A stretch of 64,000 bases of DNA from a virus: positions 29,762-93,761 of IMG/VR virus record IMGVR_UViG_3300005805_000055; one strand, given 5' to 3'. This document shows, piece after piece, positions 1-9,455 of the stretch (position 1 is its first letter; the number at the start of each line of letters is the position of its first letter). The notes under the pieces are model-generated. The model was given only the letters and a program-made list of their open reading frames with translations, was not told the origin of the DNA and did not search any database. Made by a program: the position numbers and the translations under genes.

Positions 1-3000
1 TAGTTGTGCAACATCCATATTCCATAGTTTGCGGCAAAGTCTCCATGACGAGTAGCACCCATGCCCATCATTATGTGCCCGACCTCATGCTCCCAACCAC
101 CAGGTGTTGTGGCGGGATCTAGCCATCTGAATACCTCATCTACATGGGGGGAACCGAATGCTTCGACCAGACCCGGAACTATGTTCATAGCTATACCTTT
201 AATAACTGAGCCATTTTCCATATTATCGAATAAAGCATCAAATAATATTTGATCCCTTTCGACCTCTTCGGCAAAGTTGGTTATCTCAATATCCAAAACT
301 TCAACAGCATCACGTTTATCTATAAATTGATTATAAATTCGAACAAAGTCTTCAAGCATTTTGTATGATCTATCTATTGCGTCTTTGGAATTTTTGAGTG
401 TTTCTTTAACAAACTCAGATCCTTCTGCATTACCGAAAGTAAATATTTCGTCAATATCTTGCGATATCATTCTACGAATCGGAGTACTGCTGTCATCTAT
501 TGGCAGACCTTCAATTATTTCTTCTGGATAGTCTTGAAATCTTTCATAATTATATGCGTCAATAAACTTTTTCAGTAAAAGAGTAAATGAACCATCCCCA
601 TATGGATCCAAAAATACCCTGGTCAAATTATTCTCATTGAGGCCAATTCTCTGACCTTCGTATGGCAGGATGCCATCGTCATAGAATTCATCTGTGTCAC
701 CCCAATCAGGTTCTAGGTCCCATGATTGTAGACTTTCTGCATCATTGATAGAGAAGATGAGATCTCCATTTGAGTCAAAAAAAGATATTATAGCTTTTCC
801 GAAATCATTACGTTCAATTACGTATTCCCACCCATCGAGCAGTCTGTCCATTTTTGCCCGCTGTGTTTGGACATACTCATTGAGTTTTATCCGTTGCTCT
901 GGTGATATGTATTCTATTTGTTTTAAGAATTTTATGTCGTCACTACTTATTCCCAGTGGTTCAACCAATTCTTTAATGTAGCCGTAGCTAAGCACCGGGA
1001 TTCCGGGATGATTTATGCTGTCACGTATCTCCATGTCGCGCAAAATCCTTAGCGCAAGAGCTTTTTGCTCTGGCCAGAGTCCGGCAACTGGGTCTGGGGA
1101 GATATTAAGCTTCAGCATTCTTGGCATAGATTTTACATATAAGGCCATATCCCTAATTGGCAACGACTTTACGGGTGGATTGATTGTTGACGATTTTGAA
1201 CCGCCGGTAAAGTCACCTAGATGTACTGTATCAACAACTGATACTGACTCTGGATCAGCCAATACTTCGCTCTCACCACGACGTGTCAAGAATGCATGAA
1301 TTTCATCTTTCTTGACTTTTGCAGTCGTTACATAGGGTGTCGAACCTTCGATTTTGGCAAATCGGTCAGCAAACCATGATGCAATATTTGGATCCGTAGT
1401 CCATGACCATCCGTCATCACGTTCCTCAGTGTGTCCCTGATAGATTGTCACTATGTCTGGTAGCGAATCATATTCAATGCGCTCATCATCTCTCATCATT
1501 GAGAGCCGACCAGGGCGTGGGGATGCCAGGAGTTCATCCCAGTAATCGCGCATTTCAGGAATGTTTTCTGAATCTGTCCAGATGTCAGCCAGGAGTGACC
1601 AGAACTCATCATCTGTCAACTCATCCTGGATTTCCATAAATGCATCAAGTCGGTATGGCCTCTCGTGCAAGAATATAAAGGAATCCCAGTCTTTATTTGA
1701 CCGAGCAGAATTTGCTGCGGCTTGCTTGGCGCGTACTTGTTCGTTGTATCGGCCATTCATTGTCGGTATATAAATACCATGAACGAACTTATGTCTTATG
1801 AAAGAGAAGCCGGTTCCATCGCCACTCACTGCCGAACTTAATTCCGGAATCAGATCTTCGTCAGAGCCGGTAATAAAACTAGAAAAACGCTTTTTGAGAT
1901 CATCTGATAGATCATTCCAATCAAATGGTTCATTTGGTTTATTAGTGGAAGACTTGGATCCAGTCCTTCCTGGTGGTAATCCCCAAATTTCGTCAGGCAG
2001 TTCAGCCCAGAGTGGAACGCGAATGATCGGAAGTCGTTCGCGACGATTTCTATTAACTACATTTCCTGGAATTCTAGCTTCAACATCAACTGGTTCATCT
2101 AGTTGCCACTCTGGGATAATCATCGACTGGAATGAATTGCGGTCATTGAGGGCAAAGTGTGCAGGTCCATCGCCACCAAGAGCTAGGAATGTCGCATAGT
2201 TTGATGCGTAATCGCCATGTCGATCTATGCCGAGCCCAAGGACCATATGGCCCAATTCATGCATAAATCCATCTCCCGACATTTCCTCCATACCGTCACC
2301 GAGGACATATTGAAGTCTGTCAGTATAAAACTTTAGTAGTTCTTCTATCCTCTGAGGCGAGACATTTTGATTCATGGCCCAGATGGCATCTCTCAAATTA
2401 TCATTATTAAATTCAATATTGTCAAAAATACGTAGACCAACCGAACTTCGTAGAGAATCACGAAGCTTCATGGCAGCTGACTTTATTCTAAGACCTGAAG
2501 CAATGGACTCCGAAACTTTCAGGAATTGTTCCTTATACCAGCTGCCAGTTTTGTTATCAGAAAAATTGATAAAGTCATCAAGATCGGGCATAATGCCATC
2601 ATTAATCATGTCCTGAAGCGATTTACCAGAAATATCCTGTTCTAAATATTGATTTACAATTTCTGGATTGATAAAAATACGAAAACATATTGCTTTCCAG
2701 GAGTCCATCATAGAAGAAAGAACATCTACTTTGTCTGATTCATCCACAGATGTTCCGTAGAAATTTCTAGCGAATGACATCAATTGATATGAAGGTTCTG
2801 ATGGTAGGTCATCCACGAATTTGAGGATTGGTTTGCCTTTGCGGTCGACCAACTCAACCCCCGTGGAGAACAGTCGTCCCACTTGTGACGAACCATCGAA
2901 CCTTACATTTATATACGATACTACTGGATTGTCGTCAAAGTTAAGCTGCTTGCCAGTTGTCTGAACTAGTTTTGGCAATTTTACTTTTTTGCCATCACGC

Positions 3001-6000
3001 ATAAATGATGTACCAAATACCATTGAAGAGAAGTCTTGAAGCATCGACTCAACATATCGTGCAAGCTCAATTCGCTCATCTTTTGTTAAGTAAGCAACAC
3101 TTTCAATTCTTTCAATATCAGCATTTGTTAGATTTAGCGCCCCCATTATTGGGCCAATTCTTGGCAATCGCATTAGTGGAACTTGAGAATTTCCATCAAC
3201 CCATTCAACTAGTGTCTCTTTAATACTTCTCAAGATATATGAGTTGGTGTCTGCAAGTGAATCACGCAAATCATCAATATTGTGAGTAGTTTGGGGAACT
3301 CTCTTTGTTGACGACTTGGAGCCAATCAAGCCGGATGGAGCGGGAATAGCTTCATCAACTATTTCAACAGGTGAGAGTTCTTGCTGCTCGTCATCGAGTT
3401 CTAGATATCGTGAATTTACGAATAGGGCATCAATAAGTTTTTGTGTATTCGAAATTGCTCTAAGCCTATTGCCACGACGTGACAGGTCATTCTTTCGGAA
3501 CTCAAGATCATTCATGAAGGACTTAACCTCCATTGCTCGAGTCCACAGGAGAGTTGGATTAGACGACTCAAAGAGTGAACTATTTGTTTTTGCCCTATCC
3601 ACAATGAAGTCAACCAATCTGGCAGGGCTATTGAATTCAGTAAACTCCAACAAATTAACTGTTGATTTATCCGGAAGCACAAATGTCTTTAGCGCTTCTA
3701 TCTCTGAATTCAGAAGAGAATTAACTTTTGACCAATTTGCTACATCTTGATTATGGTCAATAAGGGCCCCATCTACCGCGTAGAGTCTATTAAGCCACTC
3801 CGAAGCGTTAAGTCCTCGATAATTTAAATTATATTTGCGTTCATTAATTACTTCTGCAAAAAAATCATATAGTGAGTCGAGTGATGTCCCATTAAACTCA
3901 TCGAATGTATTCCTACCGCTTTTATTATCGATCTTTACGGTTGGCTGTCCAGAAAAATACTTAGGAAAGTGCCGTTGTGAGGAAAAGATCGCACCATCAA
4001 GATTTGTTTCATCATCACTTATTGCCTCTGATAAATCAGTTCCAGAAAAATCTACTCTGCGTGCATCAGACCCGCTGATATTGATGAAATGAGCGCTCTG
4101 TAAGTTTCTGAAATTTGATCCTCTTAGTATTGAACCGCTCACATCTAATGGCCCAGTGATATCTACATTGTCAAAAACTGAATCACGTAAATCATTACCA
4201 CTAAGCATTACATTATTCATGCGGCTAAGGGTGAAATCAGAGCCACGCATAGATGAATTAGAAATAGATGTATCATCAATTTCTGACATCATGAAATATG
4301 AATTATCCATATTCATATTAGTGAAAGTGCTTTGCATTATCGCTGAACTTATAAAGTTTCGATTCCTAATATCCGCCCCATCAACGTCGCCATTGGTTAC
4401 CGCCAGGTGGCCATCAATGATTAGTCCATCAAATTGGACAGAATCCTTATTCATTGTATCTATTATGCTGGGAAGAATTGGAGCCCTAGTTTGGCCATAT
4501 CCCTTGCGTATCTGTGGTGTAATGGAAATTCCAGAAGGGAGTGTTGTTGACTCATCAATATTGGCATTTGCTAGCTGCGCTGCCGACACTATTGATCCCT
4601 GGAGATTGGCCCCACTCAGCTGGGCATTATCAAGATTAGCCATCATCAAATTTGCACCAGTAAAATTTGCACCCTTGAGATTTGCTGAAAATAAATTTGC
4701 TCCGCGCATTATGGAATTACTAAAGTCTGCTCCGGCGAAATTGCCATTTGACATATCTGCATATCTAAGGTCAGTTTGCTTTCCTCTAATTCCATTTGCC
4801 TTGAGTGCTGGCAAATATGCATTTCTTAATGATGATGCCAGAAGTTTTGATCCCGAGATATCAGCACCCATGCCACTGACCTGCTGAAAGTTTGCGTAAG
4901 AAAAATCAATATCCGACATATCAATATCGTCGGCAATATATTGACCCATCATGTCAATCCCAACAGTATTGAGTTCAGCAAATACATCGCTATTCAGTTT
5001 GTTGTCTTTAGAAAATCCTCTTATGCGAGTATTTGTTGTTCCGTTTATCGATGTAATCTTGGAGACACGCTTCTTTGGTGTTCCCTTCATATTCGCCAAT
5101 GCAGAAGTTTCGAGGGTTTTGCGTATTAGATCTGAGTCTTTGCCAAATATTGTATTAAATGCTCTACCGTCGCGAATTTTGAACATTCCGATTTCATCAT
5201 GTCCTGCTATTAGTTTTGCCCCACGACTAGATGAGTTATCCCAAATATTTAACTTGTCGAATAGCCCAGAAAGAATCTGTTGTTTTACATTATTTATGTA
5301 ATTTTTGTTCGTTAGTCGCGCAAATGCTGCTCCAAGTATTGGACCAGTCTGTTTCTCTCGTTCATTAATCCTTGCTTCTAGTTCTCTTTCTGGAACATAA
5401 AACATGTGTCCGATTCGTGAGTAGGAATTATCCGGTAGCAACTTCAATAAATTGCTTGTGTTACCATAGTCGTCTATCACAATATTCAGCGACTCATTGA
5501 TTCCCGCCAATAGTGCCTTCTCCTGAGCATAACGTGCGGCAGCATGGATGCGAGCTGAACCAATCCCGTCATCGTATCCATTTAACTTTTCTTTAATTGG
5601 GTCAATCCCAATGTGCATAGATTGTGTTTTATCTGGAACATCAATTATTCCAGAAGAAATAGACGAGGATTTTCCACTACCACTTGGACCCATAACAAAA
5701 TGCGCTGTTGGATTCTGAAGGTTTTTATACTCATCATCGATGTCATCAATTATTGACTCGATCATTTTTTGACCGCCAGAACCAATAACTTTATTGGAAT
5801 TTGAACCATTGATCCAGAAGGAACGTGCTGCATCATCTCTGAGCAATCTTGCTCGATTTAGCGTATCTGGGGATAGCTGCCCAATCATTTGTACAGGCAA
5901 TTCATGCACGAGGCCAGGATTAGCTGAAACAACGTCTAAGAGTTGCTGGTCTTTTTTACTTAAAGTTGTGGATTTTGATCCACCAATAATTGCGCGTGAA

Positions 6001-7784
6001 TCAATAAGATTTATGACGTTGGGTATATCACGCTCGCGACCAGCCATATCAAGTAGTTCCGCAATTGTAATATCAAGTGTTTCTGCTGCGTGCCGTATCG
6101 CCGTGCCATCAACCCTGCCCTTCCCAAGTGGCGTGGATGGATCAAATAGTGCATCTATTGTTTCGGCAAAATATTCATCTCGACTAAATGTAGCATAATC
6201 AGAAATTTTACGTGCTGAGTTAAATTCATCACGACTTCCCCATATCGACTTATTTAGGTCACCTATATAGCGTCGTCTGAAACTTCGTTCAGCCCTACCG
6301 GCACGGCGCAAGCGTCTTGATTCGCGAAGAATGTCATCGGCAAAAAAATTAATACGACGATCAAGGAGTTTTTTGTTTCCAACCATTGCCATATCTGAGA
6401 ATGCATGACCAAGCTCGTGTCTAATTATTGAAAGTTTTCGTGCATCAGTCATGTCCTTAAAGACATCGATCCCATTATTGGAAATCGCATCATCGTTAAT
6501 CCCGATGAATCCACGAGAGTCATACATCCCACTAATAAGGCCCCACTTTCCACTCTTAAATAGTGGTCTATGAGGTATGTCTAGTGTTGGAATAATGACC
6601 GGCATTCCGAATTTGGTAATCAAATTTCGTATGCCACTTGGTTTCGTTGGGTCAGCAATAGATGAGAGCAGTAGTCTACGTAATTTTTTTGCTGATTCCC
6701 AATTTGGTTTAGAGCGCATTATTGCTGAAAAAACTGTATCTGCATTCATTCGTGAATATGGGCTTGCCGCAATTGAATGCATCAATTCTTCTGGCGATAT
6801 TGGTGTTGCAAGTGTGACTATTCTACCAATTGTCTTAGAGGAAAAATAATCTCCAGATTCGCTCAGATTCAACCTTGCACCGATACGCAGCTTTGCAAGC
6901 GTCGTCGCCCTACGCTCCTCCATGCTTCCAAGTGGCTTACTGGTGCTATCTCTAGTCATGGAAACCGCAGATGCCTGTTGTTGTGGTGAAAGATTCGACA
7001 CCTCGCCATTTGTTCCAACAACAGCAACTGGAATAATTGGACGACGCTTCATTATGTTATTGTCAAAAACTATTCCATCTCCATCACCGTCAAGCGCACC
7101 ACTAATATCCTGAAATATTTGGTTTGGGCGACTTCTTGCCGATAGTGGTTCACCAATTTGCTTTATCTCAATTTCCGCATTTATTGTTTTGGAGTTAAGT
7201 TCTTGATTTGTTTTGGAGTTAAGTTCTTGATGTAGTGAAACCTTTCTGGTTCGTTTCTGGACCTGGCGAATTTCATCACGAATAATTTTGCGTATTGCTT
7301 CGCGCTGGTGCCTCCTACCCAATGGCGTGGAACCTGTCAGGCGATTGAAGTCTGACATATTCGTACACGGCATCCACACGGTTTTCCCAGTTTTAGAAAT
7401 TCTCCTACTTACGCCTATGCAGCCCAACTGTCTTGCACGTTGACGTGCTGACTCAATATCGGTAAATACATCGGGGTCATTATCTCGTGGCTGATATGTG
7501 ATGTCGGCCTTCACGCTCATTCCAGATACAAGACCACCGCCAGCGAGAGTATCAATTGATACGATTCCATTTTCGCCAAGATTTTCCCACTGGCGTCGCA
7601 ATTTATTTACACCACGTACTCGCCGTCCAGCCGAACGTGGCTTATCACCCATGAGCGAAGATAATTCCGTGGCTGACGAACATGGCTTCAATGCTCCAGA
7701 AGAATCAATATGCGCACCCGAGCAACCAAGTCGTTGTGCCTGACGCAATACTAATGCTCTGTCCTTGGCTGATGTTGTTCGCAT
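1..7784 (-). CDS. Giant polyvalent putative internal virion protein (>2594 aa, truncated by the left window edge; absent from the ORF track)
   Basis: My translation of the minus frame from ATG 7784 (MRTTSAKDRALVLRQAQRLGCSGAH...) stays open to position 1. In order it contains: two DUF3721-like repeats; a DGDGDG motif (7029-7109); zincin HELGH (6405-6419) with downstream EYFAE; zeta-toxin-like P-loop GPSGSGKS (5667-5690); pentapeptide repeats (~3990-4950); zincin HELGH (2247-2261); ART-like domain (~1250-1700); zincin HEVGH (75-89). It has four GSKS[TS]T linkers. Confidence 0.9.
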   Translation of the reverse strand, partial: MRTTSAKDRALVLRQAQRLGCSGAHIDSSGALKPCSSATELSSLMGDKPRSAGRRVRGVNKLRRQWENLGENGIVSIDTLAGGGLVSGMSVKADITYQPRDNDPDVFTDIESARQRARQLGCIGVSRRISKTGKTVWMPCTNMSDFNRLTGSTPLGRRHQREAIRKIIRDEIRQVQKRTRKVSLHQELNSKTNQELNSKTINAEIEIKQIGEPLSARSRPNQIFQDISGALDGDGDGIVFDNNIMKRRPIIPVAVVGTNGEVSNLSPQQQASAVSMTRDSTSKPLGSMEERRATTLAKLRIGARLNLSESGDYFSSKTIGRIVTLATPISPEELMHSIAASPYSRMNADTVFSAIMRSKPNWESAKKLRRLLLSSIADPTKPSGIRNLITKFGMPVIIPTLDIPHRPLFKSGKWGLISGMYDSRGFIGINDDAISNNGIDVFKDMTDARKLSIIRHELGHAFSDMAMVGNKKLLDRRINFFADDILRESRRLRRAGRAERSFRRRYIGDLNKSIWGSRDEFNSARKISDYATFSRDEYFAETIDALFDPSTPLGKGRVDGTAIRHAAETLDITIAELLDMAGRERDIPNVINLIDSRAIIGGSKSTTLSKKDQQLLDVVSANPGLVHELPVQMIGQLSPDTLNRARLLRDDAARSFWINGSNSNKVIGSGGQKMIESIIDDIDDEYKNLQNPTAHFVMGPSGSGKSSSISSGIIDVPDKTQSMHIGIDPIKEKLNGYDDGIGSARIHAAARYAQEKALLAGINESLNIVIDDYGNTSNLLKLLPDNSYSRIGHMFYVPERELEARINEREKQTGPILGAAFARLTNKNYINNVKQQILSGLFDKLNIWDNSSSRGAKLIAGHDEIGMFKIRDGRAFNTIFGKDSDLIRKTLETSALANMKGTPKKRVSKITSINGTTNTRIRGFSKDNKLNSDVFAELNTVGIDMMGQYIADDIDMSDIDFSYANFQQVSGMGADISGSKLLASSLRNAYLPALKANGIRGKQTDLRYADMSNGNFAGADFSNSIMRGANLFSANLKGANFTGANLMMANLDNAQLSGANLQGSIVSAAQLANANIDESTTLPSGISITPQIRKGYGQTRAPILPSIIDTMNKDSVQFDGLIIDGHLAVTNGDVDGADIRNRNFISSAIMQSTFTNMNMDNSYFMMSEIDDTSISNSSMRGSDFTLSRMNNVMLSGNDLRDSVFDNVDITGPLDVSGSILRGSNFRNLQSAHFINISGSDARRVDFSGTDLSEAISDDETNLDGAIFSSQRHFPKYFSGQPTVKIDNKSGRNTFDEFNGTSLDSLYDFFAEVINERKYNLNYRGLNASEWLNRLYAVDGALIDHNQDVANWSKVNSLLNSEIEALKTFVLPDKSTVNLLEFTEFNSPARLVDFIVDRAKTNSSLFESSNPTLLWTRAMEVKSFMNDLEFRKNDLSRRGNRLRAISNTQKLIDALFVNSRYLELDDEQQELSPVEIVDEAIPAPSGLIGSKSSTKRVPQTTHNIDDLRDSLADTNSYILRSIKETLVEWVDGNSQVPLMRLPRIGPIMGALNLTNADIERIESVAYLTKDERIELARYVESMLQDFSSMVFGTSFMRDGKKVKLPKLVQTTGKQLNFDDNPVVSYINVRFDGSSQVGRLFSTGVELVDRKGKPILKFVDDLPSEPSYQLMSFARNFYGTSVDESDKVDVLSSMMDSWKAICFRIFINPEIVNQYLEQDISGKSLQDMINDGIMPDLDDFINFSDNKTGSWYKEQFLKVSESIASGLRIKSAAMKLRDSLRSSVGLRIFDNIEFNNDNLRDAIWAMNQNVSPQRIEELLKFYTDRLQYVLGDGMEEMSGDGFMHELGHMVLGLGIDRHGDYASNYATFLALGGDGPAHFALNDRNSFQSMIIPEWQLDEPVDVEARIPGNVVNRNRRERLPIIRVPLWAELPDEIWGLPPGRTGSKSSTNKPNEPFDWNDLSDDLKKRFSSFITGSDEDLIPELSSAVSGDGTGFSFIRHKFVHGIYIPTMNGRYNEQVRAKQAAANSARSNKDWDSFIFLHERPYRLDAFMEIQDELTDDEFWSLLADIWTDSENIPEMRDYWDELLASPRPGRLSMMRDDERIEYDSLPDIVTIYQGHTEERDDGWSWTTDPNIASWFADRFAKIEGSTPYVTTAKVKKDEIHAFLTRRGESEVLADPESVSVVDTVHLGDFTGGSKSSTINPPVKSLPIRDMALYVKSMPRMLKLNISPDPVAGLWPEQKALALRILRDMEIRDSINHPGIPVLSYGYIKELVEPLGISSDDIKFLKQIEYISPEQRIKLNEYVQTQRAKMDRLLDGWEYVIERNDFGKAIISFFDSNGDLIFSINDAESLQSWDLEPDWGDTDEFYDDGILPYEGQRIGLNENNLTRVFLDPYGDGSFTLLLKKFIDAYNYERFQDYPEEIIEGLPIDDSSTPIRRMISQDIDEIFTFGNAEGSEFVKETLKNSKDAIDRSYKMLEDFVRIYNQFIDKRDAVEVLDIEITNFAEEVERDQILFDALFDNMENGSVIKGIAMNIVPGLVEAFGSPHVDEVFRWLDPATTPGGWEHEVGHIMMGMGATRHGDFAANYGIWMLHN
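7184..7231. repeat. Perfect 24-bp tandem duplication (encodes QELNSKTN/QELNSKTI on the minus strand)
   Basis: ttgttttggagttaagttcttgat at 7184-7207 and at 7208-7231. Confidence 0.95.
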
Positions 7785-7808
7785 ATTGACCGATATTCGG
7801 ATTGCTGT

Positions 7809-9455
7809 TTACTTTTTCTTTGGTCGTGGATTGAGGAGTCTATTAATGAGTTTTCTTGACCCAGTATCTATTGCTCTCGCAAGGCGATCATCTGTTGTGG
7901 ATGCGGCTTGGCCTTCTCCTGGTTTTCTCGTATTTGCAGAAATTGGTGAACCTTTTTCATATCCACCAACACGGAGAAATGCAGTTGACTCTGATGTTAT
8001 TGACTTTTGCTTTGGTGAAACTGAAGTTTTTGCTCCATCTGACCGCTTCTCATCGTCAAAAAGAAATTTCTTTCCTGATGGATGTAGGTGCTCGATAAAT
8101 TCATATGGATCGCTATCCTTCATTGTCCGCATATTATACAATGCGAGCAACTCATCATAGAATCTATGAACCTCAAGCCGTGCCTTTTCTGGTATTGACT
8201 GCTTGTTTGCATATTCCTCAACCCAAGACTGCATTTCTTCTAATAGATCCTTGGTGGGTCCATCCAGCTTCTCACCCTTGGCTTCAGCCGCCCTTTGTGT
8301 TGCTAGAAATCTTTTTCTAAAAGGCATATTTGCTCCACCTGGAGTTACGCCAGTCAATTGGTAAAACCGCTGATCCTCCAGTGCCCTTGCGCGGCGAGCA
8401 ACGGTTGCACGCTCTTCTGGTGTTAGCTTTGACCAAATTTTTCCATCTTCCGGTGATGCTCTATCTATGCCAGGATTACCGACATAATTTTTTCTTGTAG
8501 TTGACTTTGATCCACTTAGCTGTGCTGGCAGCGACCGCGCGCGACTTGTTCTATCAATATTTGCACTACGCGCACGTGATGGTGAAGTACCGAAGGATAT
8601 TGATCCCGATGAACGCTGCGTCGTCTTGCCAACTTCCTTGGGTTTTGAGTCCCCGGACATTCCACGTCTACCCATAATAAAGGAGCGAGCAGCGCCAACC
8701 CGACCCTGCTGATTTGGCATTTGTGGCCTAGCTGGGCGCTGGAAGGGTGTTCCTTCTTGAATGAGCATGTCACCATCTGCATCGATTGCATTTGGGTCAA
8801 ACCGTTGTGAAATCGACCTACTCATGCGTCTGAATGCACCTTTTTCGCTTACTGCTGGCTGCAGAGGGTATTGCTTGCCGTCATATTTAGAAGTTTTCTG
8901 ATTCAGTACAGAAATTGCATCATTTCTGACCAATCCTGGCTGGTAATTGCCGTACATGTGGTCGCTTTCCTCTTGCATACCCAATGATGGAGGGCCAACG
9001 ATTGTTCCAGTAAGTGGGTTATAACTCAAACCCTTCATACGGAACTGTGCAAGAATTGATGCACTTTCAGCATCTGAAGAAAACGCGCGTGCTTTGTAGT
9101 TAATCACAAGATCTCGCGAATCTGGAGATATTCCAACTAGTTGAGCTGACCTTATTTGTGGAAGAATGGATTTCGTACTTTCAATGTGCGATGCAAGCAA
9201 CCTAACTACAGGTATTGATTTAGTAAGCTCACGAATATCGTCACCATTCAGTACCTCATGGATTTCGACATATGGTGGAAGCGTTGATTCAATATCTAAT
9301 GATTTTGATGAATTTAGCCAGTTTGCCCACTCTATCCCCCTGGAAGAGAATCCATTTGCCACATAGGAGCCATCCCCTGCTTGATATACATTGGCAAATA
9401 TTTCATTGGATTCAGTTAAGAATATGTCGAATTTATGTTTCATTTCATCCACCAA
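7809..9455 (-). CDS. Putative internal head protein, 548 aa
   Basis: Long ORF within the head operon. Carries FDPNAIDADGDMLIQEGTPFQRP (8733-8801) and GSKSTT (8496-8513). Basic C-terminal half. Confidence 0.8.
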   Translation of the reverse strand: MVDEMKHKFDIFLTESNEIFANVYQAGDGSYVANGFSSRGIEWANWLNSSKSLDIESTLPPYVEIHEVLNGDDIRELTKSIPVVRLLASHIESTKSILPQIRSAQLVGISPDSRDLVINYKARAFSSDAESASILAQFRMKGLSYNPLTGTIVGPPSLGMQEESDHMYGNYQPGLVRNDAISVLNQKTSKYDGKQYPLQPAVSEKGAFRRMSRSISQRFDPNAIDADGDMLIQEGTPFQRPARPQMPNQQGRVGAARSFIMGRRGMSGDSKPKEVGKTTQRSSGSISFGTSPSRARSANIDRTSRARSLPAQLSGSKSTTRKNYVGNPGIDRASPEDGKIWSKLTPEERATVARRARALEDQRFYQLTGVTPGGANMPFRKRFLATQRAAEAKGEKLDGPTKDLLEEMQSWVEEYANKQSIPEKARLEVHRFYDELLALYNMRTMKDSDPYEFIEHLHPSGKKFLFDDEKRSDGAKTSVSPKQKSITSESTAFLRVGGYEKGSPISANTRKPGEGQAASTTDDRLARAIDTGSRKLINRLLNPRPKKK

